Counted from the first letter of the stretch, positions 16,193 through 27,064 are shown. The stretch: DNA of 64,000 bases from Thermodesulfobacteriota bacterium (GCA_041743795.1 JBGTMF010000623.1:11851-75850), one strand, 5' to 3'. Notes: a model not told the origin generated them from the sequence alone. Program-made: numbers and translations.

Positions 16193-18975
16193 GGATCGGG
16201 ATGAACGCCGAGCGCCGCGTGCGCCGCGGCGAGCCGTGCGACCGGCACGCGATAGGGCGAGCAGGACACGTAATCCAAGCCGAGGTGATGGCAGAACATG
16301 ACCGAGGCCGGTTCGCCGCCGTGTTCGCCGCAGATTCCGAGCTTGATGTCTGGGCGGGTCTTGCGGCCGCGCTCGACCGCGATCGAGATGAGCTCGCCGA
16401 CCCCGGTGCGATCGAGGACGGCGAACGGGTCCTCGGGTAGGATTCCGTTCTTGACGTAACTGGGAAGAAACTGGCCGGCATCGTCGCGGCTGAGGCCGTA
16501 GGTGCACTGGGTCAGGTCATTGGTACCAAATGAGAAGAACTCTGCTTCGCTAGCGATCTCTCCGGCGGTGAGAGCGGCCCGCGGCAACTCGATCATCGTG
16601 CCGATCGGCGGCGTCAGCCGCAGCCCGTACTGCTCGGCCGTGACGGCGAGCGCCGCCAGGGTCTGCTTCCGAACCACGGCGAGTTCGCGGACATGGCTGA
16701 CCAGTGGAATCATGATCTCGGGGAATACCTTGAGCCCTTCGTTGCGCAATTCACAGGTGGCTTCGCCGAGGGCCCGCACCTGCATCTGGTAGATTTCCGG
16801 GTACGTGATTCCCAGCCGACAACCCCGCAATCCGAGCATCGGGTTCACTTCGGACAGGGTGTCGCGTGCCTCTCGCAAGCGATCGACCGAGGCACCGAGC
16901 TTGTCCGCCAACTCGATCAACTCGTCGTCCGTCGCCGGCAGGAACTCGTGTAGCGGCGGATCGAGCAGGCGGACGGTCACAGGTCGGTCGACCATGACGC
17001 GCAAGATGGCGAGAAAGTCGAGCTTCTGCATCGGCAGCAGCTTGGCCAGCGCGCGCTCGCGACCGTCGCGGTCGGCGGCGAGAATCATTTCCCGCACAGT
17101 GTCGATGCGATCGCCGTCGAAAAACATGTGCTCGGTGCGGCAGAGGCCGATTCCCTCTGCGCCGAATAGTCGCGCAACCGTTGCATCGCGCGGCGTATCG
17201 GCGTTGGCGCGAACGCGTAGCTTGCGAAAGCCGTCGGCCCACTTCATGAACGTGGCGAAGCTGCCGCCGGGTTCGGGAATGGTCGTCGCCACGGTGCCTG
17301 CGAAGATCTCTCCGCTCGACCCGTCGAGAGTGATCCAATCGCCGGGGCGAACTTGGTGCTCGCCGATTCTCGCGCTCTGCGCTGCATAGTCGACGTGCAG
17401 ATCCCCGCAGCCCGAAACGCAACATTTGCCCATACCCCGGGCGACCACGGCCGCATGCGACGTCATCCCGCCGCGCGCCGTGAGAATCCCCTGGGCAACG
17501 CTCATTCCGTGGATGTCTTCAGGCGACGTTTCGATGCGTACGAGGATGACGCGCTTGCCCCGTTGATCCGCCTGCACGGCCTGATCGGCGGAAAAGACCA
17601 CCTCGCCCGAGACGGCGCCGGGCGACGCGGGAAGCCCTTTGGCGATCGGTTTCGGCCGCGCCTTGGGGTCGATCTGCGGGTGCAGGAGTTGATCGAGCTG
17701 GGCCGGCGCGACGCGGAGCACCGCGGTCTTCCGGTCAATGAGCTTTTCCGCCTCCATGTCGACGGCGATCTTAACGGCCGCGTGCGCGGTTCTCTTCCCC
17801 GATCTCGTCTGCAGCATCCACAGCTTCGATCGCTCGATCGTGAACTCGAGATCTTGCATGTCGCTGTAGTGCTGTTCGAGTTGGCGCGCGATGCGTTTCA
17901 GCTGGCTGAAACACCGCGGCATCAACTCTTCGAGCGACCTTGGCCGCAATTCTTCAGCCACATCGGAAGCGCGCGCCTGCTCGATCGCCGCGGCACGTGT
18001 GATCGACTGTGGCGTGCGCGTGCCGGCGACGACGTCTTCGCCCTGGGCGTTGACGAGGAACTCGCCGTACAGGCCTTTCGCCCCGGTGGCGGGGCTGCGC
18101 GTGAAGGCGACGCCGGTCGCGCAGTCGTCGCCGAGGTTGCCAAACACCATGGCCTGGATGTTGACCGCGGTGCCCCATTCGTCGGGAATGCGGTTCAGTC
18201 GGCGATACGTGTTCGCACGGGGGTTGTCCCACGAGCGAAAGACGGCGCCGATCGCAGCCCACAACTGTTCGCGCGGATCCTCGGGAAATGCGACACCGAG
18301 GCGCTTGCCGATCAGCTGCCGGAAGTCTTCGGCGAGATCGCGTAAGTCGTCGGCGCCGAGGTCGGTATCGAGAGTCGCGCCACGCGCCGCTTTGCGCCGC
18401 TGCAAGACTTTCTCGAAGGGGTCCTCCTCCTCGTCGGAGGACGGTCGCAGTCCGAGAACCACATCGCCGAACATCTGGACGAAGCGGCGGTAACAATCGT
18501 AGCCGAAACGCGCGCTGCCCGATTCTCGGATGAGTCCGAGAACCGTAGAGGAATTCAGTCCGAGGTTGAGTACCGTGTCCATCATCCCCGGCATCGAAGT
18601 GCGCGATCCCGAGCGCACCGACAACAGCAGAGGTGCCTGCGAATCTCCGAAGCGGCGGCTGAGGCGCGACTCCATGCGCGCCAGGGCCTTGTCGACCTGC
18701 TCGCGCAAGGCGTCCGGGTAATCCCCGCCGTGGGCGCGGTAGTAGGTGCAGACGTCGGTGGTGATGGTGAATCCCGGTGGCACCGGAACGCCGAGCAGCG
18801 ACATCTCCGCCAGATTGGCGCCCTTGCCTCCAAGTGTATTCCGCAGGCCGGCGCCGCCTTCCGCACGGCCGTCACCGAAGGAGTAGACCAGCTTGTCGCC
18901 GCGCTTCGCTTGTCCCGTTCCGGACCGCGCCCGCCTCGCCGCCGGCGCGGCCCGCTTCGACGTCTTCGCACCCAT
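16189..18975 (-). CDS. ppdK: Pyruvate, phosphate dikinase
   Basis: ...KLVYSFGDGRAEGG...GGKGANLAEMSLLGVPVPPGFTITTDVC... and the central phospho-His and PEP-utilising domains through to a TIM-barrel C-terminus. Start taken at MGAKTSK; the true start may lie nearer KLVYSF. Confidence 0.9.
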   Translation of the reverse strand: MGAKTSKRAAPAARRARSGTGQAKRGDKLVYSFGDGRAEGGAGLRNTLGGKGANLAEMSLLGVPVPPGFTITTDVCTYYRAHGGDYPDALREQVDKALARMESRLSRRFGDSQAPLLLSVRSGSRTSMPGMMDTVLNLGLNSSTVLGLIRESGSARFGYDCYRRFVQMFGDVVLGLRPSSDEEEDPFEKVLQRRKAARGATLDTDLGADDLRDLAEDFRQLIGKRLGVAFPEDPREQLWAAIGAVFRSWDNPRANTYRRLNRIPDEWGTAVNIQAMVFGNLGDDCATGVAFTRSPATGAKGLYGEFLVNAQGEDVVAGTRTPQSITRAAAIEQARASDVAEELRPRSLEELMPRCFSQLKRIARQLEQHYSDMQDLEFTIERSKLWMLQTRSGKRTAHAAVKIAVDMEAEKLIDRKTAVLRVAPAQLDQLLHPQIDPKARPKPIAKGLPASPGAVSGEVVFSADQAVQADQRGKRVILVRIETSPEDIHGMSVAQGILTARGGMTSHAAVVARGMGKCCVSGCGDLHVDYAAQSARIGEHQVRPGDWITLDGSSGEIFAGTVATTIPEPGGSFATFMKWADGFRKLRVRANADTPRDATVARLFGAEGIGLCRTEHMFFDGDRIDTVREMILAADRDGRERALAKLLPMQKLDFLAILRVMVDRPVTVRLLDPPLHEFLPATDDELIELADKLGASVDRLREARDTLSEVNPMLGLRGCRLGITYPEIYQMQVRALGEATCELRNEGLKVFPEIMIPLVSHVRELAVVRKQTLAALAVTAEQYGLRLTPPIGTMIELPRAALTAGEIASEAEFFSFGTNDLTQCTYGLSRDDAGQFLPSYVKNGILPEDPFAVLDRTGVGELISIAVERGRKTRPDIKLGICGEHGGEPASVMFCHHLGLDYVSCSPYRVPVARLAAAHAALGVHPDP

Positions 18976-18976
18976 C

Positions 18977-20317
18977 CTATCTAGTCCACGGTTGCGCCAG
19001 GCGCCGGTGCAGCTCGGGCGCCAGGGCCTCAATCTTGATTCGCTCCTGCGCCATCGAATCGCGTTCGCGCAGTGTGACCGTATCGTCTTCGGCCGTTTGG
19101 TGGTCGATGGTGACGGCGAAGGGAGTGCCGATTTCGTCCTGACGGCGGTAACGACGGCCGATCGAACCGGCCTGGTCGTACTGGACAGTGAAACTGTCGC
19201 GCATCGCGGCGGCGATCTTCTCGGCGCGCTCGGGTTGTCCCTCTTTGCGCATCAGTGGAAGCACCGCGACTTTCACCGGGGCGAGCGCCGGGTGGAAGCG
19301 CAGTACCGCGCGCGCTTCTCCGTCCGCCTCGTCCTCGTCGTAGGCATCGACGAGAAAAGCCAGTGTCGCGCGATCGGCGCCGGCCGCCGGTTCGATGACG
19401 AAAGGGAAGTAGTGCTCGCGTGCCGCCTCATCGAAGAAGCGCAGGTCTTTGCCGCTGAACTCGGAATGCTTGCGCAGATCGAAGTCCGTGCGGTTGGCGA
19501 TGCCCTCCAACTCCGACCAGCCGATCGGGAACTTGTACTCGACGTCGACGCAGGCTTTCGCGTAGTGAGCGAGTTCGTCCTCGGAGTGCACGCGCAGGCG
19601 GAGGTTCTCGTCGCGGATGCCCAACCGACGGTACCAGTCCAGGCGTTCCTTCGACCAGTAATCGTACCAGGTGTCGTCTTCCCCGGGTTTGACGAAGAAC
19701 TCCATCTCCATCTGCTCGAACTCTCGCGTGCGAAACAGGAAGTTACCGGGCGTGATCTCGTTGCGGAAGGATTTTCCGATCTGTGCGATGCCGAACGGAA
19801 TGCGCTGGCGCGCTGTCGTCTGGACATTCTGGAAGTTGACGAAAATGCCCTGAGCCGTCTCCGGCCGCATGTATACGACGCTGGCAGTGTCTTCGACCGG
19901 CCCCATGAACGTCTTGAACATCAAATTGAACTGACGCGCCTCTGTCAGGTCACATTCGCTGTGCTCGCCAGGCTTCTTGCTCGGTTTCAAGGTGCACTGG
20001 GCCTGTTCGATCTGGTCGGCGCGGAAGCGAGACTTGCACTTCCGGCAATCGACGAGTGGGTCGGTGAACCCCTCGAGGTGCCCGGATGCCTCCCACACCC
20101 TCGGATGCATCAGGATCGAGCAATCAATTCCCTCGATGTCGGCGCGCGACTCGACCATCGCTCGCCACCATGCGTCTTTCACGTTGCGCTTGAGGGCTAT
20201 TCCCAGGGGCCCGTAATCCCAACAACTCGAAAGTCCGCCGTAGATTTCGCTCGATTGGAACGTGAAACCCCGCCGCTTGGCGAGGTTCACGATCTTTTCC
20301 ATGGTCACTTCGCTCAT
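18977..20317 (-). CDS. glyQS: Glycine--tRNA ligase, single-chain alpha2 (class II) type
   Basis: [28 protein letters not shown]...GPLG...[25 protein letters not shown]...: class II motifs and the anticodon-binding C-terminus of alpha2-type GlyRS. Confidence 0.85.
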   Translation of the reverse strand: MSEVTMEKIVNLAKRRGFTFQSSEIYGGLSSCWDYGPLGIALKRNVKDAWWRAMVESRADIEGIDCSILMHPRVWEASGHLEGFTDPLVDCRKCKSRFRADQIEQAQCTLKPSKKPGEHSECDLTEARQFNLMFKTFMGPVEDTASVVYMRPETAQGIFVNFQNVQTTARQRIPFGIAQIGKSFRNEITPGNFLFRTREFEQMEMEFFVKPGEDDTWYDYWSKERLDWYRRLGIRDENLRLRVHSEDELAHYAKACVDVEYKFPIGWSELEGIANRTDFDLRKHSEFSGKDLRFFDEAAREHYFPFVIEPAAGADRATLAFLVDAYDEDEADGEARAVLRFHPALAPVKVAVLPLMRKEGQPERAEKIAAAMRDSFTVQYDQAGSIGRRYRRQDEIGTPFAVTIDHQTAEDDTVTLRERDSMAQERIKIEALAPELHRRLAQPWTR

Positions 20318-20470
20318 AGCGTTCGCGTTACTCCGGAAGGGCGCCACCGGAACACTCGCCGCCGCGGGCAGCTTCGAGCGATCGGCGCGAATTGAGGCTG
20401 AAACGTGATGCCGCTCGGAAAACGCTGCAAATAGCACGCACCTTGCTGAGCGGCAATCACCAGCGCCTCA

Positions 20471-21232
20471 TCACGAGCGCCCTTTCGTCAGTTGTTCGAT
20501 CAGGCGGATGGACTTCAGCGGCCTCACCAGGTGAAGCGCCAGAAGCTGACTGGTGAGGCGCGCGGCCTCTTGGCGCCCGGCATCGAGCGGGTTCTCACGG
20601 GATCGGCTGAGCGGCACCTGGCGCAATGCGCGCAACTGCGCCACCAGGTCAGTTGCCACCGCGACCAGTCCGTCGCCGCCGCCGCGGCAGCGGCTGCACC
20701 AAAAGGCCCCCTGCGACGGGCTGAAGAAGCTGTCGACCGTTTCGTGCAGGGGGAGGGTACATTGCTGACAATTCTCCAGTGGAACCGCGAAACCGGCGCG
20801 CTCGAGTAGCTGCAGTTCGTAGGCGCGGACAAACGAGGCGGTGGCCGGACCGCTCTCGAGGGATCCCAGAGCTTCGTCGAGAAGTGCGTAGATCTCCGGC
20901 GAGGGGTTCCACTCGACCGTCATCTGCTCTGCCAGCTCCGCCAGGTAGGCGCCGTAGGCCAGGCGCTCCGGGTCGTGCATCGCCGCACCGGGGCTGACAA
21001 GTTCGCAACTCTCGAGGAATGCCAGGCTGGCGTCGGGACGTTGACGAAACTGAACTCTCACCTGCGCCAGAAGCTCCAGCGAATTGGGAAACCGCCGCTT
21101 CGAATTCCTCGCGCCCTTGCCGATGCCGGTGATTTTGCCGAAGTCTCGCGTCAGGAAGGTCACGATCTTGTCGCTCTCCCCGTAGGCCCTCCACCGCAGC
21201 ACCACGGCCGGACTCGCGTGCGAGTTCACCAT
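20471..21232 (-). CDS. recO: DNA repair protein RecO
   Basis: N-terminal OB-fold region (VVLRWRAYGESDKIVTFLTRDFGKITGIGKGARNSKRRF) and a C-terminal Cys4 zinc motif (CQQC...CSRC). Confidence 0.85.
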   Translation of the reverse strand: MVNSHASPAVVLRWRAYGESDKIVTFLTRDFGKITGIGKGARNSKRRFPNSLELLAQVRVQFRQRPDASLAFLESCELVSPGAAMHDPERLAYGAYLAELAEQMTVEWNPSPEIYALLDEALGSLESGPATASFVRAYELQLLERAGFAVPLENCQQCTLPLHETVDSFFSPSQGAFWCSRCRGGGDGLVAVATDLVAQLRALRQVPLSRSRENPLDAGRQEAARLTSQLLALHLVRPLKSIRLIEQLTKGRS

Positions 21233-21267
21233 CGCCGCACCGCAGCCTCATCGTCTCCGACGATTCC

Positions 21268-21296
21268 TTGACAACTTGATGACACGTCCTTAGCTT
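21268..21296 (+). promoter_or_regulatory. Candidate sigma70-type promoter upstream of grpE
   Basis: TTGACA-N17-TAGCTT ~55 nt upstream of grpE. No CIRCE (TTAGCACTC-N9-GAGTGCTAA) inverted repeat seen. Confidence 0.25.
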
Positions 21297-21348
21297 CCCG
21301 CACGTTTTTCTCACACCCGCCGATTGCCAAGGCAACCTACCGAAATTC

Positions 21349-21960
21349 ATGGAGCCAATGAAGCCCGACGCAGAAAAAGGAACAGCGTTTGACGAAGCTC
21401 CGATCGAACCTCACGACGTGGCAACGCCGCCGCTCGATGCGGTTCCGCAAGGGGACGGATCGGCGAGTTCGGCACTGATGGAGCAACTCCGGGAGGAGTT
21501 GGAGGCGGCATCGCGATCGGCCGCGGAGAGCCAAGATCACTACTTGCGGTCGCTCGCCGAGTTGGAGAATTTCAAGAAGCGCTCGCTGCGCGAACGCGGC
21601 GAGGCCCTGCGCTATGCGGCCGAGCCTCTGGCCAGGGATGTGATTCCCCTGGTGGACAATCTGGAGAGAGCTCTCGAGCACGCGCGCGCCAGTGGCGATG
21701 CAAGCCCGGTCGTCGCCGGCGTCGAGATGGTACTGAAGGACGCGCTCGAAACCCTGCAGCGCCACGGAGTGGAGCGTATCGACGCGCTAGGGCAGGCGTT
21801 CGATCCGGCCTTCCACGAGGCGGTCGCACAGGTCGCGGACGGCGAGACGCCGGCCAATCATGTGGTCCAGCAGTTCCTGCCGGGGTACCGGCTGCATGAG
21901 CGTTTATTGCGTGCCGCTCAAGTCAGCGTCGCGATGGACCAGGGGCCGGGCGCGAAATGA
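21349..21960 (+). CDS. grpE: Nucleotide exchange factor GrpE
   Basis: LRSLAELENFKKRSLRERGEALRYA...PLVDNLERALEH... coiled-coil then the GrpE beta-domain. Immediately upstream of dnaK. Confidence 0.85.
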   Translation: MEPMKPDAEKGTAFDEAPIEPHDVATPPLDAVPQGDGSASSALMEQLREELEAASRSAAESQDHYLRSLAELENFKKRSLRERGEALRYAAEPLARDVIPLVDNLERALEHARASGDASPVVAGVEMVLKDALETLQRHGVERIDALGQAFDPAFHEAVAQVADGETPANHVVQQFLPGYRLHERLLRAAQVSVAMDQGPGAK

Positions 21961-22029
21961 AAATACGACAAGGGATCAGGCGATCGAGTCTCGCAACACG
22001 AACCGTCTCGATGCCCAAGGAGATGAATC

Positions 22030-23943
22030 ATGGGTAAAGTCATTGGAATTGATTTGGGAACGACAAATTCTTGCGTCGCTGTGATGGAGGGTGGCGATCC
22101 TCAGGTGATCGCCAACTCCGAAGGAAGCCGCACTACTCCCTCGGTGGTCGCGTTCTCTGAGTCCGGCGAGCGCTTGGTGGGCCAGATCGCCCGCCGCCAG
22201 GCGGTCACCAATCCCGAGAACACCGTGCATGCGGTGAAACGGTTGATTGGTCGCCGTTACGAGGATGCGGAAACGAGGAAGGCCGAGGCACTCTCGCCAT
22301 ACAAAATCGTCAAAGCGGACGGAGGAGACGCCTGGGTCGAGGTTCGCGGCAAGAAATACAGTCCGCCGGAGATCTCCGCATTCATCCTGCAGAAGATGAA
22401 GCAAACGGCAGAGGACTACCTCGGAGAGCCCGTTACCGAGGCGGTGATCACCGTTCCGGCGTATTTCAATGATAGCCAGCGCCAAGCTACAAAGGACGCC
22501 GGTCGCATCGCGGGTCTCGACGTTCTGCGCATCATCAATGAGCCGACGGCGGCGTCGCTGGCCTACGGCCTGGACAAGAAGAAGGACGAGAAGATTGCCG
22601 TATTCGACCTTGGCGGCGGCACGTTCGACGTCTCGATTCTCGAACTCGGCGACGGCGTCTTCGAAGTCAAGGCGACCAACGGCGACACCTATTTGGGTGG
22701 CGAGGACTTCGACCAGCAGGTGATCGACTACCTGGCGACGGAGTTCAAGAAGGATCAAGGGATCGATCTGCGCCAGGACCGCATGGCGCTGCAACGTCTC
22801 AAGGAGGCGGCGGAGAAGGCGAAGTGCGAGCTCTCGACGGTGGCGGAGACGGACATCAATCTGCCGTTCGTCACGGCCGACCAGAGCGGCCCCAAGCACC
22901 TTTCGATGAAATTGTCGCGCGCCAAGCTGGAAGCGCTCTGTGGCGAGTTGCTGGATCGACTGGACGGTCCCTGCAAAATGGCGCTGCGCGACGCGGGCAT
23001 CGCTGCCAGTGACGTCGACGAGGTGATACTCGTCGGTGGAATGACGCGCATGCCTGCGGTGCAGTCGCGCGTGCAGAAGATCTTCGGCAAAGAACCGAGC
23101 AAGGGCGTCAACCCGGACGAGGTGGTTGCGATCGGCGCCGCGATTCAGGGCGGAGTGCTGAAGGGCGACGTCAAGGACGTGTTGTTGCTCGACGTCACGC
23201 CGCTGTCGTTGGGGATCGAGACTCAGGGCGGTGTTTTCACCAAGCTGATCGAGAAGAACACGACGATTCCAGCCAAGAAGAGCCAGATCTTCAGCACCGC
23301 GGCGGACAGCCAGACGGCGGTTACGATCAGCGTCTACCAAGGTGAGAGAGAGATGGCGAGCGGCAACAAGTTGCTCGGTCAGTTCAATCTCGAGGGAATT
23401 CCGCCCGCGCCGCGTGGCGTGCCGCAGATCGAGGTGACCTTCGATATCGATGCCAACGGTATCGTCCACGTCGCCGCCAAGGACAAGGGCACCGGCAAGG
23501 AGCAGTCCATCCGTATCACCGCCTCGAGTGGTTTGAGCGAGGACGAGATCAAGAAGATGATCCGCGACGCGGAAGATCATGCCGAGGAAGATCGCAAACG
23601 CCGCCAGGCGGTGGATGCGAGGAATCAACTGGATACGCTGATTCACCAGACGGAGAAACACCTCGGCGAGCACGGCGCCGATCTCTCGCCTGAGGACAAG
23701 AGCGCCATCGACTCCGCCCTGGAGGGTGCCAAGAGTGTGCTCGAGAGCGAGGATGCCGATGTGCTCAAATCGGCTCTCGACAAGCTGACCCAGGTGCAAC
23801 ACAGTCTGGCGGAGAAGATGTATGCGAAAGCGGCGCAGGATTCGGCGTCTGGCGATTCGCAGGGCGGCGGTGCCGCGTCGGATTCGAGTGGCCGAGCGGA
23901 CGACGATGTCGTCGACGCTGATTTCGAGGAAGTGAAGGAATAG
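22030..23943 (+). CDS. dnaK: Molecular chaperone DnaK (Hsp70)
   Basis: [22 protein letters not shown]...[12 protein letters not shown]...[11 protein letters not shown]...: full-length Hsp70 with the acidic C-terminal ...EEVKE tail. Confidence 0.95.
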   Translation: MGKVIGIDLGTTNSCVAVMEGGDPQVIANSEGSRTTPSVVAFSESGERLVGQIARRQAVTNPENTVHAVKRLIGRRYEDAETRKAEALSPYKIVKADGGDAWVEVRGKKYSPPEISAFILQKMKQTAEDYLGEPVTEAVITVPAYFNDSQRQATKDAGRIAGLDVLRIINEPTAASLAYGLDKKKDEKIAVFDLGGGTFDVSILELGDGVFEVKATNGDTYLGGEDFDQQVIDYLATEFKKDQGIDLRQDRMALQRLKEAAEKAKCELSTVAETDINLPFVTADQSGPKHLSMKLSRAKLEALCGELLDRLDGPCKMALRDAGIAASDVDEVILVGGMTRMPAVQSRVQKIFGKEPSKGVNPDEVVAIGAAIQGGVLKGDVKDVLLLDVTPLSLGIETQGGVFTKLIEKNTTIPAKKSQIFSTAADSQTAVTISVYQGEREMASGNKLLGQFNLEGIPPAPRGVPQIEVTFDIDANGIVHVAAKDKGTGKEQSIRITASSGLSEDEIKKMIRDAEDHAEEDRKRRQAVDARNQLDTLIHQTEKHLGEHGADLSPEDKSAIDSALEGAKSVLESEDADVLKSALDKLTQVQHSLAEKMYAKAAQDSASGDSQGGGAASDSSGRADDDVVDADFEEVKE

Positions 23944-23971
23944 AGAAACCTCACGGCAACCAACAGTGAGC

Positions 23972-24008
23972 GAAAGCCCTCGCCGCACGAAGTGCGGAGA
24001 GGGCTTTC
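23972..24008 (+). terminator. Strong hairpin between dnaK and dnaJ (partial terminator/attenuator)
   Basis: gaaagccctc-gccgcac-gaa-gtgcggc(a)-gagggctttc: 10-bp outer plus 6-bp inner stem, 28 nt after the dnaK stop. There is no T-run, so it is likely a read-through attenuator or mRNA stabiliser. Confidence 0.4.
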
Positions 24009-24100
24009 GTGCGCTTGCAAGATCGCGGGATTGTGGTCCGGCGCGATGAGCAACGAGCCGCACGGAACGATATCCGGCGAGCTGCGACGACGGAGAATTC

Positions 24101-25204
24101 GTGGCGAAGAGAGATTATTACGAGATTCTGGGAGTCGAACGCGCGGCCGGGGCGGACGAGATCAAGAAGGCCTATCGCAAAGTCGCGCTGCAACATCACC
24201 CGGACCGCAACCAGGGAGACCGGGATGCCGAGGAGAAGTTCAAGGAGGCCTCCGAGGCCTATCGCGTTCTCGGCGATCCCGAGCGTCGCGCCCAATACGA
24301 CCGCTTCGGCCACGCGGCGTTCGAACAGGGCGGCGGCTTCGACTTCAATGCCGGAGGCTTCGAGGACATCTTCGGCGACATTTTCGGTGACTTCTTCGGC
24401 GGCGGTCGCGGCCGTGGTCGCGGCCGCGCGAGCCGTGGCGACGATCTGCGCTACGACCTGGAAATCGAATTCGAGGAGGCCCTGTTCGGCGTCGAGAAGA
24501 CGATCCGGATCCCGCGTCTGGCCGGGTGCGAGGCTTGCGGTGGCGAGGGGACGCGCGATGGCAGCGCGCGCGAGACCTGCCTCGCTTGCGCCGGAGCTGG
24601 GCAGATGCGCTACCAGCAAGGGCTTTTCAGCATCGCCAAAACCTGTCCCGAGTGTCAGGGTGCCGGCAAGGTGATTCGCGACCCTTGCCCGGAGTGTCGC
24701 GGCGCTGGTGCGCTGCGCAAGCAGCAGTCGTTGAGCGTCAAGATTCCGGCCGGCGTCGATCACGGATCGCGACTGAAGCTGCGCGGTGAGGGGGAGACGG
24801 GCCAGCGCGGCGGTCCCGCAGGAGACCTCTATGTCGTCATTCATGTTCGCGAGCATGCGATCTTCCGTCGCGAGGGCAGCGACGTCATTTGCGACGTTCC
24901 CATCGGAATGACGCAGGCCGCATTGGGCGCTGATCTGGAGATTCCGACGCCGCACGGCGTCGTCAAGATGAAGGTCCCGCCGGGAACCCAGTCGGGTAAG
25001 GTTTTTCGCTTGAAAGGAAAGGGCGCGCCGGATCTTCGAGGTTACGGCACCGGCGACATGTTGGCTCGCGTTCAGGTCGAGGTTCCGCGAAAGCTGACGA
25101 AACGACAGAAGGAATTGTTGGAGGAATTCGCCAGCCTGTCGGGAGAGGACGTGCATCCCCAGTCCAAGGGGTTCCTCGACATGGTGAAGGAGATGTTCGA
25201 CTGA
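24101..25204 (+). CDS. dnaJ: Molecular chaperone DnaJ
   Basis: J-domain (DYYEILGV...HPDRN), a G/F-rich region, and four CxxCxGxG zinc-finger repeats ([32 protein letters not shown]). Confidence 0.95.
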   Translation: MAKRDYYEILGVERAAGADEIKKAYRKVALQHHPDRNQGDRDAEEKFKEASEAYRVLGDPERRAQYDRFGHAAFEQGGGFDFNAGGFEDIFGDIFGDFFGGGRGRGRGRASRGDDLRYDLEIEFEEALFGVEKTIRIPRLAGCEACGGEGTRDGSARETCLACAGAGQMRYQQGLFSIAKTCPECQGAGKVIRDPCPECRGAGALRKQQSLSVKIPAGVDHGSRLKLRGEGETGQRGGPAGDLYVVIHVREHAIFRREGSDVICDVPIGMTQAALGADLEIPTPHGVVKMKVPPGTQSGKVFRLKGKGAPDLRGYGTGDMLARVQVEVPRKLTKRQKELLEEFASLSGEDVHPQSKGFLDMVKEMFD

Positions 25205-25354
25205 GACCCGGCTTTCGGCATCGGCCTTTTGCACGAGATCCGCGCCTGGGATATCTCGGGGAGCTTGAGGAATGCGTCAGGCGAGAGATTGACGAGGTTC
25301 GGATGCGCCCGCGAAATCCCGGCGCCGCCGGTTCGTGCGCGAGTTGGAGAGTTG

Positions 25355-27064
25355 ATGACGGTGTGTAGCCATTCGGGTTTCGTTCGTCCGGTTGTCTCGG
25401 TTTTGTTCTTGGTGTTGCTTGCGGGTTGTTCGTCGCGTCTCCCGGTCGAGCGCGCTCCGCTGGCCTTCCGCCAGGCGGAGGATTCCTTCAAGCTCGGGCA
25501 CTACGACCGAGCAGTGCACGGGTATCGGATCTTCATCGATTCGAACCAGGTCGCGGAGTTGGTGCCGCGCGCGTACTTCAAGCTCGCGCGCGCGGAGTTT
25601 CGCCTCGGTCACTACGACCGTTGCATCGCCGCACTGGATGAACTCGAGCGACGCTATCCGGATGACGAGTGGCGGCAAGTGTGGGAGTTGCGCGGCAATG
25701 CTGAGAACGCCCGCGGCAATCCGGTCAGTGCGATCCATTATTGGGAACGCGCGATGGAACTGTCGGACCGGCCCAAGCGCGCACTGCTGCGTCGGCAGAT
25801 TTCCGACATGGTTCAGAAGATGGATGCGGAGACGGTCGCACGCGCGCGCACGGTGGTGACCAGGGACGAGACCCGAGCCTTGATCGACGCGGCCTCGGGA
25901 GGGGGTCCCCCTACGGCAGCGACGCGGGCCATTGCCGTCGTGGCGCCGACTCCGGGTGTCGCGGCGGTGCCGGGACAGACGCCGCTTGGTTCCGCGAAAG
26001 TCGGCGTACTGCTGCCGCTGACAGGGAAGTATGAGGCATACGGCAGTCGATCGCTGGCGGGGATCAAGCTTGCCATGGCCGACTCCGGAATTGAGCTGGT
26101 GGTTCGCGACACGGGGGGCGAGGCGCACCTGGCGCGCGCCGCCATCGACGAGCTCGCCGCCCAACCCGAGATTCTCGCGGTGATCGGCCCGCTGCGCTCC
26201 AAGGAAGCCCAGGGCGTGAGCCCGCGCGCCGAACGCGTCGGCCTGCCTCTCTTCTCTCTGGCACAGAGCAGAAACCTCAGCGGTCGTTTCATTCTGCAGA
26301 CGGCAATGACGCACGAGATGCAGGCGTCGCGCCTGGCGGAGTTCGCGACCGGCGCCGGCATGCTGCGCAAGTTCGGCGTGCTGTTTCCGCGCGACGCCTA
26401 CGGCATGGCCTTGGCGGACGCATTTCAGGACGAGGTGAAGCGTCGCGGCGGCACGATCGTCGGGTCGATTGCCTACGAGCCGGGCGCCAAGGAGTTTTTC
26501 GTCGAGGTCCTGACCCTGCAGCGCTGGGTCGACTCCGACGGTCTGCAAGCCGTGTTCATTCCCGATTTTGCCGCCACAGCGGGATTGCTGTCCCGCGCGT
26601 TGCGCGAGGTGCGCCCGAACATTGTCCTCCTCGGTAGCAACGGGTGGCACGACCCGGGCCAACTCGGGGAGGAAGCGCAGGCTCTCGATGGCGCCGTGTT
26701 CGTCGACGGCTTCTTCGTCGGCAGCCAACGCGCGGCGACGCAAGAATTTCTCAGAGCCTACCGAGCTACGCACGACGACACTCCCGGTGTACTCGAAGCG
26801 CAGGCGTACGACGCTTCGATGGTGGTGCGGCGGGCTTTCGAGTCGGGTGCAAGCGGATCGCGCCCAGCTTTGATTGACGCCGTGCGGCGGCTGGGACGAT
26901 TCGAAGGCGCCGCCGGCACCCTGAGTTTCGGCGACGGCGACGTCGAACGCGAGCTGTTTCTGCTGAAGCTCGACGGCAGGCGGATTCGCGAGATCACTGC
27001 GGCAGAGATGGGTGGCTCGAGGATCGATCTCCCCGCCCCGTCGACGGCGGTGGCGGCGCCGTGA
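25355..27064 (+). CDS. LpoA/LppC-like lipoprotein (TPR N-domain + periplasmic-binding-protein type I C-domain)
   Basis: Lipobox LLAGC|SS. TPR-like helices (FKLGHYDRAVHGY...FRLGHYDRCIAALDEL) are followed by a LivJ-like PBP1 fold (VGVLLPLTGKYEAYGSRSLAGIKLAMAD...LAVIGPLRS). Confidence 0.55.
   Translation: MTVCSHSGFVRPVVSVLFLVLLAGCSSRLPVERAPLAFRQAEDSFKLGHYDRAVHGYRIFIDSNQVAELVPRAYFKLARAEFRLGHYDRCIAALDELERRYPDDEWRQVWELRGNAENARGNPVSAIHYWERAMELSDRPKRALLRRQISDMVQKMDAETVARARTVVTRDETRALIDAASGGGPPTAATRAIAVVAPTPGVAAVPGQTPLGSAKVGVLLPLTGKYEAYGSRSLAGIKLAMADSGIELVVRDTGGEAHLARAAIDELAAQPEILAVIGPLRSKEAQGVSPRAERVGLPLFSLAQSRNLSGRFILQTAMTHEMQASRLAEFATGAGMLRKFGVLFPRDAYGMALADAFQDEVKRRGGTIVGSIAYEPGAKEFFVEVLTLQRWVDSDGLQAVFIPDFAATAGLLSRALREVRPNIVLLGSNGWHDPGQLGEEAQALDGAVFVDGFFVGSQRAATQEFLRAYRATHDDTPGVLEAQAYDASMVVRRAFESGASGSRPALIDAVRRLGRFEGAAGTLSFGDGDVERELFLLKLDGRRIREITAAEMGGSRIDLPAPSTAVAAP

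Noticed and set aside
17353-20395. Long plus-strand ORFs (330 aa and 500 aa) antisense to ppdK and glyRS
   Set aside because: Antisense to genes with unambiguous PPDK and GlyRS motifs. No domain signatures of their own.
21240-21348. CIRCE (HrcA) operator upstream of grpE-dnaK-dnaJ
   Set aside because: No TTAGCACTC-N9-GAGTGCTAA inverted repeat is present and no hrcA precedes grpE. Only a weak sigma70-like TTGACA-N17-TAGCTT was seen.
21976-25234. 695-aa and 427-aa minus-strand ORFs antisense to dnaK and dnaJ
   Set aside because: Classic Hsp70 antisense open frame, and the equivalent for DnaJ. The real genes are on the plus strand.
25277-26773. 498-aa minus-strand ORF antisense to the LpoA-like gene
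   Set aside because: Shadow ORF. Arg-rich low-complexity translation.
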